Shown one piece after another: positions 18,919 to 29,170 of a DNA stretch of 64,000 bases. Source of the DNA: Candidatus Heimdallarchaeota archaeon. Its GTDB lineage: Archaea > Asgardarchaeota > Heimdallarchaeia > Hodarchaeales > Hodarchaeaceae. A program made the position numbers and the translations under genes. A model generated the notes under the pieces. The model was not told the origin of the DNA and searched no databases. It saw only the letters and a program-made list of their open reading frames with translations. The DNA is taken from positions 180,369 through 244,368 of the forward strand of contig RDOB01000004.1 in assembly GCA_011364965.1 (NCBI GenBank), written 5' to 3'. Position 1 is the first letter of the stretch. The number at the start of each line of letters is the position of its first letter.

Positions 18919-20400
18919 ATGAAAATCTCATTTGTCGATGGAACAAGAGGAATGTTTAACAAAATAGTTGTGGTGATTCCTGAGACCGATCGCGATATAA
19001 TCGAAAGAAAAATCCAGAGTTTCGTGCCCCCTACGTGGATTCATTCGATCGGTTTTCAAATTGTGAATGTTACCTATCTATTTGATCCAGAAGGATACGG
19101 GACAAATCAAGCGGAACTCTTTAACGAGAGAATTAATGACATCTATTATTATCGTTTTATTGGTGGATTAGTTAGTTTTGATTATCAGAAGCTTGAAAGA
19201 GACTATGGTACTGGTTCGATCTATCCATTAGGTGAAAATGAACTTCCCTATAATTTTGGTACCTATTTCAACTGGATTTCTCAAGATTGGGCTTTTATGT
19301 TAATGGATGGAAAATTCGTTTTATATAGTACAAGCATACCAATCGAAAAAAGATTGATCACTAGACAACAATTGGAAGAAGGATTAATTAAACAAATTCA
19401 AGCTATAAAACCAGTATTTGGAGGAGATCCTTATCCCTTATCTTATGATATTAGAGTGACTTTCAAGCATATAGAACGTTACGATGAAGAGAATTACTTC
19501 TTATCTCATACTGCCTACACGGATATCCGTCCGATTGTTAATCAATATGAAAGGTGTTTTTTTCCAGATCCTACACGTGGGGAAGAATTCCCTCCTCCTA
19601 TAAAAAAATGGGAAATAGGACTTACACAAAATGAGAAAAAGCGTTTTTTACGAAGATCGATACAGAGGATCCCAACCAAAGATAAAGAATTAAGTATTTT
19701 ACCACCATTCAAGTTTAAAGAATTAGAAAAATTTTTAGAGAAGGAGTCGACTTTATTTCGGAAAATTCATGATGAATTCCTTAATTCAGGTGGGAATCTC
19801 TCATTGGATATAACAGAATTTTCAGAGCATTTTGGGAGTGAAAAAAAGCTCACTGATTCAATAGTGGAGAAATTGTGTAACACTGGTTTTTATGAACTCT
19901 CTGGCAGTCCTGATACCATTTCGAGTCAAGAAAAAAAACGAGTCCAAGTTCATTCAAGATTTCGGGCCAATTTTTGGCTTTTTTCAGTTCTCACAGAGAT
20001 AGAAGCCAAGGCACTTCTCGAACTGGGGGCTTTACTGAAAACCCCATTCAATAAAAGTATTAGAAATCTAGAGATTTCTGATCTGCATCTTAGAAGATTA
20101 ACTATTCAATCTGAACCGATAACGTCTCTCCCTGAGTCAATTGGGGATTTCGAGTATCTCGAGCGATTGAAAATTCAAAGCTGTTTGCTTAAGACCATTC
20201 CAGACACCATCGGAAACCTGAAAAATCTCACTTTGCTTGATCTTGATTACAATGAATTAACCTCCCTTCCTGAGACCCTTGGAAACCTAGAGAACCTTCA
20301 AGAATTATGGGTCCGTCAAAATATGCTAAAATCTCTACCTGCGTCCCTGAATAATTTAAAAAAGCTCCAAACGCTCTCTACGGATTTTAATCTCTTCTAG
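18919..20400 (+). CDS. Protein with unknown N-terminal region and C-terminal leucine-rich repeats
   Basis: About five 23-aa repeats of type L..LP..IG.L.NL..L.L..N. Confidence 0.85.
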   Translation: MKISFVDGTRGMFNKIVVVIPETDRDIIERKIQSFVPPTWIHSIGFQIVNVTYLFDPEGYGTNQAELFNERINDIYYYRFIGGLVSFDYQKLERDYGTGSIYPLGENELPYNFGTYFNWISQDWAFMLMDGKFVLYSTSIPIEKRLITRQQLEEGLIKQIQAIKPVFGGDPYPLSYDIRVTFKHIERYDEENYFLSHTAYTDIRPIVNQYERCFFPDPTRGEEFPPPIKKWEIGLTQNEKKRFLRRSIQRIPTKDKELSILPPFKFKELEKFLEKESTLFRKIHDEFLNSGGNLSLDITEFSEHFGSEKKLTDSIVEKLCNTGFYELSGSPDTISSQEKKRVQVHSRFRANFWLFSVLTEIEAKALLELGALLKTPFNKSIRNLEISDLHLRRLTIQSEPITSLPESIGDFEYLERLKIQSCLLKTIPDTIGNLKNLTLLDLDYNELTSLPETLGNLENLQELWVRQNMLKSLPASLNNLKKLQTLSTDFNLF

Positions 20401-20973
20401 AACCATCGTATTCGTGAATTAAGTTTAAGAGAGATCTAGTGTGTGATGTTCAGATAGCTCTCACTAATCGCACAAGGGCTAACCGTGTGGAAATTAGCGT
20501 GTCCTCTCGTTAGATAGCTTTAAGGAGTTGTGAAAAATGTGTTGACTTGAGTTACTGAATATACAAAAAAAACAGGATGGGATGAATCCGATCCAAAATT
20601 TTATTTTATTGCTAAAAAAATAAGCGAAGAAATAATGGTTTCCATTAGAAATCAAATGTTGATTGAGGAACAATCTTTCTCTCAAATAATAAACAAGAAG
20701 TTAAAGATCTCAATAGAAAATATCAATATCAGTCATCGTACACATCTAAAAATATATCGGATTTTTCGTAATCTTTTACAATATTCTCCAGTTGAATTAA
20801 AACAGTGGATAGATTCTAACCTGCAAAACTAGGTTATTTTTTGTCACAATAGATTACTTGAATAAAATTTTAACACCTTTTTACTACTTTAATTCTTATT
20901 TCCCTCCTTTTTCAAAATTACCTATTTGATTACGTCGTCAAATGTTGACGACAAAATACAGATTTTTACTCCA

Positions 20974-23900
20974 TTAATATAACAGATCTGTAAATTCTCT
21001 AGGCAAGGATACTGGACTCTTTTTAATTTCTTTGGCTTCAAGGAGAATATTTCTTGCCAATTCTTCTCCAAATCCAGGTATTTTTTGTAAGTCACTTTCT
21101 TTTAGAGACACAAGATTAGAAATATCACGAATGCCATACTTAAGTAAAATACGCGCTCTTTTTCTTCCAATACCTCTTATATGAGTTAAACTGATCGCAT
21201 CGGATTTAATTCCATATTCAACTCTCTCACTTAAGACCGAGGCTGTTTTGGAATACAATTTAAATTTATTATTTGTCCTTGATTGAAGTTCGGAAATCTC
21301 TGACATAGCAGAAATAAGCCAAGTTGCTGTTTCTACTATTCGTCGAATATCACCTGAACCAATTTTATATCTAGTAACAATTTTTTCTAACGGAAGTTCT
21401 TTGATCCAATCCCAGAGGAATAGAACGGTCCGGAAATCACGTAATCGAAACTCATATTCTATATCTAAATTATTAGGAACATCCCGAATCAGTTTTTTCG
21501 ACAGTTTTTGGAATCGTTTCTCCGTATTTGTCCAATCACTCTTTCTAAAGTTAATTGAAACCATATCTGGAGTTCCAGCAATCAAATCTAATAATCCAAC
21601 AGGATAGATTTTGGGTTTCGAAAGGGAGACCCCCTTTTCTAGTCCCTCTAAAATTGCTGCTGCTGTCTCTGGATCTAAATACAGCTGACTTACCCGTTTA
21701 CCATAGCTTGTTGCAATTAATCTTTCATTTGCATCTAGTGGGTGGATCATACCCCAACCAATAAATAGATCGAGAACCTCTCGTATTTTGTTTTCTAAGA
21801 AAATTGCTTCGAATTGGTACCCATAAAATGTCTTATCAAAGAATTCAAGTAATTCATATACTGTAGAGACTACCTCGGAAGAAATCAAACCAAGGATGCA
21901 TCGTCTCAACGCAGGTTTTGCAGCTAGCTTGGAATACACAGCTTCAGGTTCATTATTAATATAACGCTCCATTAGCCAGCTAACAGCGTTTTGTTGTTTC
22001 GCTAAAAGAATAGATTCTCCTTGTTTGTCAAATTGTGGTCTTCCTGCTCTTCCCACCATCTGTTTGTACTCTAAAGTCTTTATCGGATGGGATCCCTCTT
22101 CCACAGAGTACCGATAAACACTAGGAATGACTACGCGTTTTGCGGGGAGGTTAACTCCTGCAGAATTATGAACTATGATGCCATTAGCAACGAACATATG
22201 GTCATTAGCAGGATCATCAGGAAGAACTAAATCATAAACAGTCGTTAATTGGTTCAGTGGTTTTATAAATCTTATATTATCCCAAAAGATATCCCCATCA
22301 AAATCACTATCTCTCCATCCCTTTTTCACATTGTAATATAATTTTTTCCTACATATGGGACACTCTATTAATGAAAAAACATCATCATATGTCTTATTAC
22401 CATTTTTTATGAGCTCTTCATAAATCCATAGACCAATGGAGTTTAAACTCCAAAACCATTCATTCTTGCTAATCTTCCCTATTTTTCTTTTTTTGATCAA
22501 CTCATAATGATGATTCAGTCTTCTCTCATCTTTCTTCGGTTCAAACTGGAGGAGCTCTTTAATTTTTCTTGAACCTAACTCACCTCTCTCTCCGAGAAGT
22601 GTAATAACTGCTAATTTTTTTTGACCCCAATCTTTTTGTGATTCCGTACGGCCAGTAAACAAATCCTTATAGAGTTTAAACTGGCAATTTGAACATGAAA
22701 GATAGTAAATATTAGATTTAATTTGAGTAACTAAGCTTGTTAACCCTGTTTGTTTTCTTTCTAAATTAAACCCAATCGATTCATAAAAACGTAAAATGGA
22801 TTTTTTCTGAGAGATTAGTAATTCATAATAGCTTTTAGTTTTATATATCTTATGATTAAACTCAATCACAGATTTCTTTCGTTTACGTAGTCTACATACA
22901 ATTCCAAAAACTAAAAGTAACTTTTGAGTTTGCTTAACTAATCTTTTAGATGTATTTGAAAATCCTATTACTCTATCCTGATTGATATAACCATCAGAAT
23001 CGAATAACCCTTTTAAGAGACATGAAATATTCTTGCTTTCCATCTCCAGTAATTCTTTAGAGATAAATTTGCGATCCCCCTTTTCGACCCCGCACCGAAC
23101 TAATAATTCCCTAAACCACTTATTTTTACCTAGAATTAACTCTGAGATCCCATATACATTTTTCCTTTTTCTGGTTGCAATATTTAATATTCTGCATATT
23201 TTTTCACATTGTACTAAGATCTCCTCATCATTATTTACAATAGAGGGAGAACCTTTGTAAGTGAGACTTGAATCAATCTTGGTTTCTCCTCCTGAATACC
23301 CATCACCTAGCATAAGGCCAATAAAATATGAAAGATCACCGTTAATTTTCAGATTCTTAATAGGTAGCTCATTTTCTCTAATAAAATCCTTTAAAAAGCA
23401 TTGTTTTTCTCGTCTATTTTTTATTATCCCAATAGTAGCAATTTTGTCCTGTTTGTTTATTGTATAAGCAGGTAAAACGAGTTTCTCTTGCCCTCTTTTT
23501 ATCAATATTCTATGGTTTGAAGTTACCGTAATTTTGTAACCAGATACTGTAGAAAATTCAATTAAATGATTTGTATTGCCATTGTTAATGATTTCTTGAA
23601 GTTTAAGAGGATTTAACTTATTTCCTGTCAACACATAAACTGTTTGATTCAAAGAAAGGTCTTCAACGGAAGTTTCAGACAAACCATGCCATATTTTCGT
23701 GTTTTTTGCAACACAAAGCGTAGGGGTAGCACATAGAACTTTTATTGCCCCTTTTTTAAATGCAAGCTCTACCAATTCCCTTTGTTCAGAATTTAAACCC
23801 GCGTGATGGAAAGTAACACCGTTCTTGATCGTTTCTGATAATTTTCTAGTGAGGGGATCTGTTAGATTAGTGGAAATCGATTTTGAAAGTTCATTTAGAT

Positions 23901-24744
23901 ATTGCTGATCTTGCGATTCTAATCTTGGTTTTACCCCTTTCCCAATTTTTTCCGCTGTAGATACCGCAAGTCGTCGAGAGGGAGTAAAGATCAACGTCTG
24001 TTCATCAGAATATACCGAATCTAGCGCAATATTCACAAGGGGATCATTATGGTGATATTGAACTGGCAGAGTGGAAAAATCATCAAAAATAATCTCATTT
24101 TTGAAATATACTCCCTCTTTGAGGGGAACTGGTCGCCATTCACTTTTTACTAGCTCTGCTCCCAACCAATCTGCTATTTCTATTGCATTCCCAATTGTTG
24201 CACTTAATGCAACAATTTGTGCTTTGGAATTCTCTATTAATAATCGTGCTAACAATGTTTCCAGTGTTGGCCCACGATGCTGATCATTTAACAAATGACA
24301 TTCATCGATGATCACTAAGGTCACAGATTCTGCAATCCAGCTCGCTTGATGTCTAAGAAGAGCATCCATTTTTTCATTGGTTGAAACTATAATGTCAAAG
24401 CGAGGTAGATATTCATCTGTTGAATCAAAGTCACCAGAAGTAATTGTTGTTCGAACTCCAAGCTGTTTGAAGCGTTGAAATTCTTTATACTTTTCACTGG
24501 CTAATGCACGTAACGGGCAAAGATAAATTACTTTTCCATCATTCTCAGTAATGTGTTTTAACGCGGATAATTCTGCTAAAAGAGTTTTCCCTGCAGCAGT
24601 AGGGATAGAAATTACTAAATTTTTACCAGCTAATAACCCTTTCTCTATTGCTTGTTCTTGAGGAGGATAGAGTTCAATTATTTTGTCATTCTCTATAATT
24701 AACCTTTTAACTTCATTTTTAAGCGGTAAAGACTGGATTAACAT
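20974..24744 (-). CDS. hel308: Hel308/Hjm Ski2-like DNA helicase precursor with intein (about 739 aa after splicing)
   Basis: LYPPQ, PTAAGKT, DECH, SAT, FHHAGL, TPTL|intein|SAGVNLPA, QMVGRAGRP, C-terminal HhH. Confidence 0.95.
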   Translation of the reverse strand: MLIQSLPLKNEVKRLIIENDKIIELYPPQEQAIEKGLLAGKNLVISIPTAAGKTLLAELSALKHITENDGKVIYLCPLRALASEKYKEFQRFKQLGVRTTITSGDFDSTDEYLPRFDIIVSTNEKMDALLRHQASWIAESVTLVIIDECHLLNDQHRGPTLETLLARLLIENSKAQIVALSATIGNAIEIADWLGAELVKSEWRPVPLKEGVYFKNEIIFDDFSTLPVQYHHNDPLVNIALDSVYSDEQTLIFTPSRRLAVSTAEKIGKGVKPRLESQDQQYLNELSKSISTNLTDPLTRKLSETIKNGVTFHHAGLNSEQRELVELAFKKGAIKVLCATPTLCVAKNTKIWHGLSETSVEDLSLNQTVYVLTGNKLNPLKLQEIINNGNTNHLIEFSTVSGYKITVTSNHRILIKRGQEKLVLPAYTINKQDKIATIGIIKNRREKQCFLKDFIRENELPIKNLKINGDLSYFIGLMLGDGYSGGETKIDSSLTYKGSPSIVNNDEEILVQCEKICRILNIATRKRKNVYGISELILGKNKWFRELLVRCGVEKGDRKFISKELLEMESKNISCLLKGLFDSDGYINQDRVIGFSNTSKRLVKQTQKLLLVFGIVCRLRKRKKSVIEFNHKIYKTKSYYELLISQKKSILRFYESIGFNLERKQTGLTSLVTQIKSNIYYLSCSNCQFKLYKDLFTGRTESQKDWGQKKLAVITLLGERGELGSRKIKELLQFEPKKDERRLNHHYELIKKRKIGKISKNEWFWSLNSIGLWIYEELIKNGNKTYDDVFSLIECPICRKKLYYNVKKGWRDSDFDGDIFWDNIRFIKPLNQLTTVYDLVLPDDPANDHMFVANGIIVHNSAGVNLPAKRVVIPSVYRYSVEEGSHPIKTLEYKQMVGRAGRPQFDKQGESILLAKQQNAVSWLMERYINNEPEAVYSKLAAKPALRRCILGLISSEVVSTVYELLEFFDKTFYGYQFEAIFLENKIREVLDLFIGWGMIHPLDANERLIATSYGKRVSQLYLDPETAAAILEGLEKGVSLSKPKIYPVGLLDLIAGTPDMVSINFRKSDWTNTEKRFQKLSKKLIRDVPNNLDIEYEFRLRDFRTVLFLWDWIKELPLEKIVTRYKIGSGDIRRIVETATWLISAMSEISELQSRTNNKFKLYSKTASVLSERVEYGIKSDAISLTHIRGIGRKRARILLKYGIRDISNLVSLKESDLQKIPGFGEELARNILLEAKEIKKSPVSLPREFTDLLY
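22165..23715 (-). mobile_element. Intein (517 aa) with LAGLIDADG homing endonuclease, inserted in helicase motif V
   Basis: Starts CVAKNT, block B ITVTSNHRIL, LAGLIDADG motifs IGLMLGDGY and LKGLFDSDGY, block F VYDL, ends IIVHN followed by +1 Ser; removal restores TPTLSAGVNLPA. Confidence 0.96.
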
Positions 24745-24762
24745 TTCAGAATGCTCTGTTTC

Positions 24763-26856
24763 TCATGGACGTTTAACGTGGCCAGTTGTGGGTTCAAATA
24801 ATACTCCTCGCCGGGTCATTTCATCAATAGCCTTCACGACTTGAGCTTTATCAAGTCCCTCTTCGACTGCTTTATCAACAATATCCTTGATTGCAACAGG
24901 TTCATCATCAGCTTGTTCCAGAATTCTATCAATTACCGCGTCTATCTGGTCTAATTTTCGTCTGGACCGTGCACTTATTCCAGAGGAAACCATATCGATA
25001 TCTAATTTTCCAGTTTCCGTATCTTTAGCCAATTTCTCCAATGTTGCATTCATCAAGTTGACAGCACCAGATGCATCTTCGAATGTTACCTCATCACTCA
25101 AACGCATTTTTGCACGTGCCTCAGATAGACGAACTAATGACTCAAGCTGGCGGGGGGTTATTGCGATTGGATCAGGCCCTTTCTCATCAACCTTCCCACT
25201 AACCTGCCGCAATTCTTTGTAGTATTCTAGTAAACGATCCCTAGCTTCGTCTGATAGGCGAGGATGAACCTCGCGTCGAGCGTAAGCTATGTATTTGCGT
25301 AATAATTCCTGTTCAATTGGAGGTTCTACTGGCAATGTTTGAGATTGATGGATATTCAGGATATGTGAAGCCTTCTCGTGGTCTTCTTGAGGGTGAGGTT
25401 TATCTTCAAGAACAAATAATAAATCAAACCTTGAAAGTAATGTTGGTGGAAGATTAAGGTTATCTGCAGGATCCTTATAAGGGTTCCACCTTCCCCGTCT
25501 TGGATTTGCTGCAGCAAGGATTGAAGTTCGGGCATTCAATGTTGCTACGATACCAGCTTTAGCTATTGAAATCGTGTGTTGTTCCATCGCTTCATGGATC
25601 GCTACTCGGTCATCTGCCCGCATTTTATCAAATTCATCGACCATGGCAATACCCTGATCTGCTAACACAAGAGCACCTGCTTCTAGAGTTATCTCTCCAG
25701 TATCTTGATCGCGAATGACAGCTGCGGTTAATCCAGCAGCTGTAGAGCCTTTACCTGTCGTGTAGATCGCCCGTGGTGCCAATCTCTGCACAAATTTCAA
25801 GATCTGACTTTTTCCCACCCCAGGATCTCCGATCAACAGGATATTAGATTCCCCCCGCAGTTTCATTCCATCTGGTGTCTCTTTTGCTGTTCCTCCAAAG
25901 AGTAAGGTAGCAATTGCTTCTTTCACTAAATCGTGGCCGTAAATTGAGGGAGCTAATGACTCGCGGATCTTCTGGATGATCAGGGGGGATTTTGATAAAT
26001 CGATGATCTTCTGTTCATCTTCTTCGGAAATTTCAATATCTATATATTCTGCTTTTTCTTTATCAATAGAATTACCTTGGAAAAATTTATTATAGGTTGC
26101 TAATGTCCCTCTTTTTAATAACCGGGTTGCTCTAGCTTTTAAGGTTCCGACAATTTCAATTCTGTCTCCCGGTCGAGCTCGATCAACAAGATCATCTAAA
26201 ATATGAATCATGATACTCTGGGGTAATTGGCCTGGTGGCAGTTCTTCTGGTTTTTCCTGTATCGTGATTTTTTGCCAATCAATAAATGTGCATTTCTCCA
26301 ACTGAACGAGTAGTGATCCTTTTCTCTGACACTGCTCATTTCTACATTGATATGGGGGTGAATATATTCCCTCTGGAAAGTCCACCATTTGGTTCCCCTC
26401 TCCACACACCGCACACTTGAATACTCCCCTAATCATTAAGGGTTTAGCTTCAGTAACACCTATAACTATGCCTTCAAAGCATGCGAGAAGCCCTAGATGT
26501 TCGGTTTTTAACGCTCGTAGAAGTACTTTGTCAGTTAAATCATGAATTCGTATATGAAATAGGTTAACCTTTTCTAAATATGTAGGACTTATCTGGGAGA
26601 TCATTGAACGAAGTACTTCTTCTCCGATAGTTATGGATTCTTCAGGATTTAAGCGAATTTCCTCAGCTAAAGCAGGATCATGTCTTAAGATGTCATTATA
26701 AGAGATATGAAGACTTCTTGATCCCTGCTGTTCCATTGACCTGATTTTATCCATATATATTAATTGTCCGTCTTCATCCTCACATTCTTCTATAAATGAT
26801 TGAAATCGCCCCAATATATCCATGGTTAATCCTTTCTTATCTTTTAATATATACAT
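24763..26856 (-). CDS. mcm: Replicative helicase MCM
   Basis: Zn finger, QEKPEELPPGQLP, GDPGVGKSQ, GLTAAV, DEFDKM, IHEAMEQ, SRFD, C-terminal WH; no intein. Confidence 0.97.
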   Translation of the reverse strand: MYILKDKKGLTMDILGRFQSFIEECEDEDGQLIYMDKIRSMEQQGSRSLHISYNDILRHDPALAEEIRLNPEESITIGEEVLRSMISQISPTYLEKVNLFHIRIHDLTDKVLLRALKTEHLGLLACFEGIVIGVTEAKPLMIRGVFKCAVCGEGNQMVDFPEGIYSPPYQCRNEQCQRKGSLLVQLEKCTFIDWQKITIQEKPEELPPGQLPQSIMIHILDDLVDRARPGDRIEIVGTLKARATRLLKRGTLATYNKFFQGNSIDKEKAEYIDIEISEEDEQKIIDLSKSPLIIQKIRESLAPSIYGHDLVKEAIATLLFGGTAKETPDGMKLRGESNILLIGDPGVGKSQILKFVQRLAPRAIYTTGKGSTAAGLTAAVIRDQDTGEITLEAGALVLADQGIAMVDEFDKMRADDRVAIHEAMEQHTISIAKAGIVATLNARTSILAAANPRRGRWNPYKDPADNLNLPPTLLSRFDLLFVLEDKPHPQEDHEKASHILNIHQSQTLPVEPPIEQELLRKYIAYARREVHPRLSDEARDRLLEYYKELRQVSGKVDEKGPDPIAITPRQLESLVRLSEARAKMRLSDEVTFEDASGAVNLMNATLEKLAKDTETGKLDIDMVSSGISARSRRKLDQIDAVIDRILEQADDEPVAIKDIVDKAVEEGLDKAQVVKAIDEMTRRGVLFEPTTGHVKRP

Positions 26857-27391
26857 TCTTCCAACATTGAACCCAATTCGCTATTTTTTGAAAAAGAATC
26901 CTTTCAGACGCAGTTAGATCGGTTCGCTTCTTACTCAAGAGATTCTTATTATCTGCCATCTTAACCAATTTCGAGAGTCTTTCTTTGGTTAGCTGATAAA
27001 ATTTTGCTCTTTGACGTTTTAACTCTAGTTCGCTATAACTAGATTCGATTTGTAATTCTGAAAGTAAGTATTCTTTCGCTAAAAGGTGCAAATATGGATG
27101 GATTTGTTGCAAATCCCCGGATCGAATCTCATTCCGAACTGCATTTGTCAGACTTTGTAAAGAAAGAGGATACTCTTCTGTAAAATCTTCGATTATATCT
27201 TTTTCAGCTAGATAAATGGCGATGAAATGTGGTATGCTAATTCTGCTACCACGAGGAGTTAAGGGGATTTTTATCCCTTCAAACGAGAATCCAGAGAATT
27301 CTTGAATGAATTTAACTGAGATTGGCTCATGTGACATCTGAAATGCTAATCTTGTCATCTCCTCATCAAGCTCTGTTTCGTAACCATCCAT
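26837..27391 (-). CDS. GINS subunit (Gins23 type)
   Basis: B-domain then A-domain order (IP.FIA..L..., RL.KLVK.A, LTASE..LF); immediately upstream of mcm. Confidence 0.8.
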   Translation of the reverse strand: MDGYETELDEEMTRLAFQMSHEPISVKFIQEFSGFSFEGIKIPLTPRGSRISIPHFIAIYLAEKDIIEDFTEEYPLSLQSLTNAVRNEIRSGDLQQIHPYLHLLAKEYLLSELQIESSYSELELKRQRAKFYQLTKERLSKLVKMADNKNLLSKKRTDLTASERILFQKIANWVQCWKNVYIKR

Positions 27392-27804
27392 TTTGGCATT
27401 TCCTCATTTGGAAGTTTGATTTAGAACCCTTACTGTCTAATATATGTCCATTCATTGGTCTGTTTAACGAACCCACTTAATACCTAACAATATTTTCAAT
27501 CTTACAAGTGCTTTATTGTACTTTTCTATACCTAGAATAGGTTGAAAGGTCCCTGTATCGTCTTATTTCAGGATGTACTAGAAATCTTAGAATATAAGAA
27601 CTCCCCTCAGTATAAATAAAAGAAAATTCTTCTTATTCCAGAGTTCAGGGAAATTTTGAACATAGAAATAAGAAAAAAGCTCTTGTACTATAATGAGAAG
27701 ATTTTCTATAGGGGATAGAAGATTTAAATATACTCCAGTACGAAAAAATTTTGTCTTTTCCGATTTATAATTATTTTGAATGAGAGGAAAATAGGAAATA
27801 TGAT
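27392..27804. other. Candidate replication origin between cdc6 and gins
   Basis: 413-bp AT-rich non-coding gap next to cdc6; imperfect inverted pair TCTTATTCCAGAGTTCA (27631-27647) / TGAACATAGAAATAAGA (27657-27673) and a third TCTTATTTCAG at 27561. Confidence 0.35.
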
Positions 27805-29025
27805 CTATTCTTTCTCAAACCTTTTTGAAATAAAAACTTCAATCCGCTCTATCAAAACTGCTGCTGGAACGTCATGAATGGTTAATCTCGCACGTACGCC
27901 CTTTCGACCTTTAACTCCTTTTGTAACTTTTCCTAAAATCCCTATTGTTTCTAAGGTTGCCAGATAGTTACGAAATGCAGCTTCTCCATTTGGTCGGACA
28001 TTCCATTCTTCACATATAATTCTATAATTTTTAAAAGAATGCTCAATTGTCGTTGCGGTGATACCTTTATGATGTAATCTTCTTGCAATACTTAATGCTG
28101 CAAAAAGCTCATGAGTGTTTAGCTCTTCTAAAATATCAGCCCTCATTTCGGGAAATACATCATTTTTCGCTCTGCGAATAAGCTCTGGTGTTAATTCATC
28201 CATTCTTCTTTGATCTGCTGCTCGTCCTGCCCGATAGAGTGTTTCTATCCCATGACGAAGGTTTTTTGTTTGATCAGATATCTCTGCAACCATATCAATA
28301 ATATCTTCTGAGATGGCTGAACTCTTAAATGCTAAACTAGAACGATAATTGAATATCTCACGTGTTTCATCATAAGAATAAGGATGAAATTGTAGAACAT
28401 CAGCTATTCTCTGGGATACCATTGAGGAAAGAGTTACTTTCCATTCGGTTGGTCGACTAATCATAATCAAGGATATCCTGTGTTCAGACCCGAATTCTTC
28501 AGGGAGATGAATAAATCCCCGAATGTCCTTCTGGGGTAACACACTTACTTCATCCAAAATTAATATCAAATAGGCCTGTTCAGAATTCAATCTACGAATT
28601 AATATGTCTGTAGATTCCTCATCACTGAAACCTCGACTCGCTACTCCAAACTGATCCCGTAAAAAACTTCGTAATATTGAGGTTTTAGTTCTAGCAGTCC
28701 AGCAATTCTTATAATCAGTATATAACTTAATATGATATTTCATAGCCATGGATTGAAGATGTTCTACAGTATATCTAGCTGTGACTGTTTTACCTACTCC
28801 TGCAGGACCAGTAAGGGCAATATTAGTAGAAAAACCTTCAGTTCCTCCTTTCTCTGATAAAAATAGAGGGCGAAAATTTTGAGATATTCTTCTAATTACA
28901 TCCTCTCTATATTTTAAATTTTCGGGAATATAGAATTGATTGAGAGTTCTTTCTCCTCCATGTTTGAAAACGGAGGATGAAAATAGGGCATCTTGAATAA
29001 TATCCTCAGAATTCCTTTCACTCAT
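27805..29025 (-). CDS. cdc6: Orc1/Cdc6 replication initiator
   Basis: Y.PE.L..RE, Walker A GPAGVGKT, Walker B ILDEV, F.PY...E, C-terminal winged helix. Confidence 0.95.
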   Translation of the reverse strand: MSERNSEDIIQDALFSSSVFKHGGERTLNQFYIPENLKYREDVIRRISQNFRPLFLSEKGGTEGFSTNIALTGPAGVGKTVTARYTVEHLQSMAMKYHIKLYTDYKNCWTARTKTSILRSFLRDQFGVASRGFSDEESTDILIRRLNSEQAYLILILDEVSVLPQKDIRGFIHLPEEFGSEHRISLIMISRPTEWKVTLSSMVSQRIADVLQFHPYSYDETREIFNYRSSLAFKSSAISEDIIDMVAEISDQTKNLRHGIETLYRAGRAADQRRMDELTPELIRRAKNDVFPEMRADILEELNTHELFAALSIARRLHHKGITATTIEHSFKNYRIICEEWNVRPNGEAAFRNYLATLETIGILGKVTKGVKGRKGVRARLTIHDVPAAVLIERIEVFISKRFEKE

Positions 29026-29053
29026 GCTTTATTATCCCTCAAGGTGAGAGAGT

Positions 29054-29071
29054 TTAGCTCTAGGGAGCTAA
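29054..29071. promoter_or_regulatory. Perfect 7-bp inverted repeat in the cdc6 leader
   Basis: TTAGCTC-TAGG-GAGCTAA about 30 nt upstream of the cdc6 ATG. Confidence 0.35.
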
Positions 29072-29170
29072 CACAATTTAACCGATAAGTTAAACACGAA
29101 AATATATTTACTAACTACTTCTAGGGTTACTTTTAAAGTCGTTAGTTAGGTCAAATAAATTAATTAATAA

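Noticed and set aside
20494-20832. Two short overlapping ORFs between the LRR gene and hel308
   Set aside because: AT-rich, mutually overlapping, no family signal
9720-20952. Genomic island integrated at tRNA-Ala
   Set aside because: No integrase and no duplicated tRNA 3' end noticed; downstream genes include core-type functions
24763-26856. Intein in MCM
   Set aside because: Normal length with contiguous Walker A/B motifs
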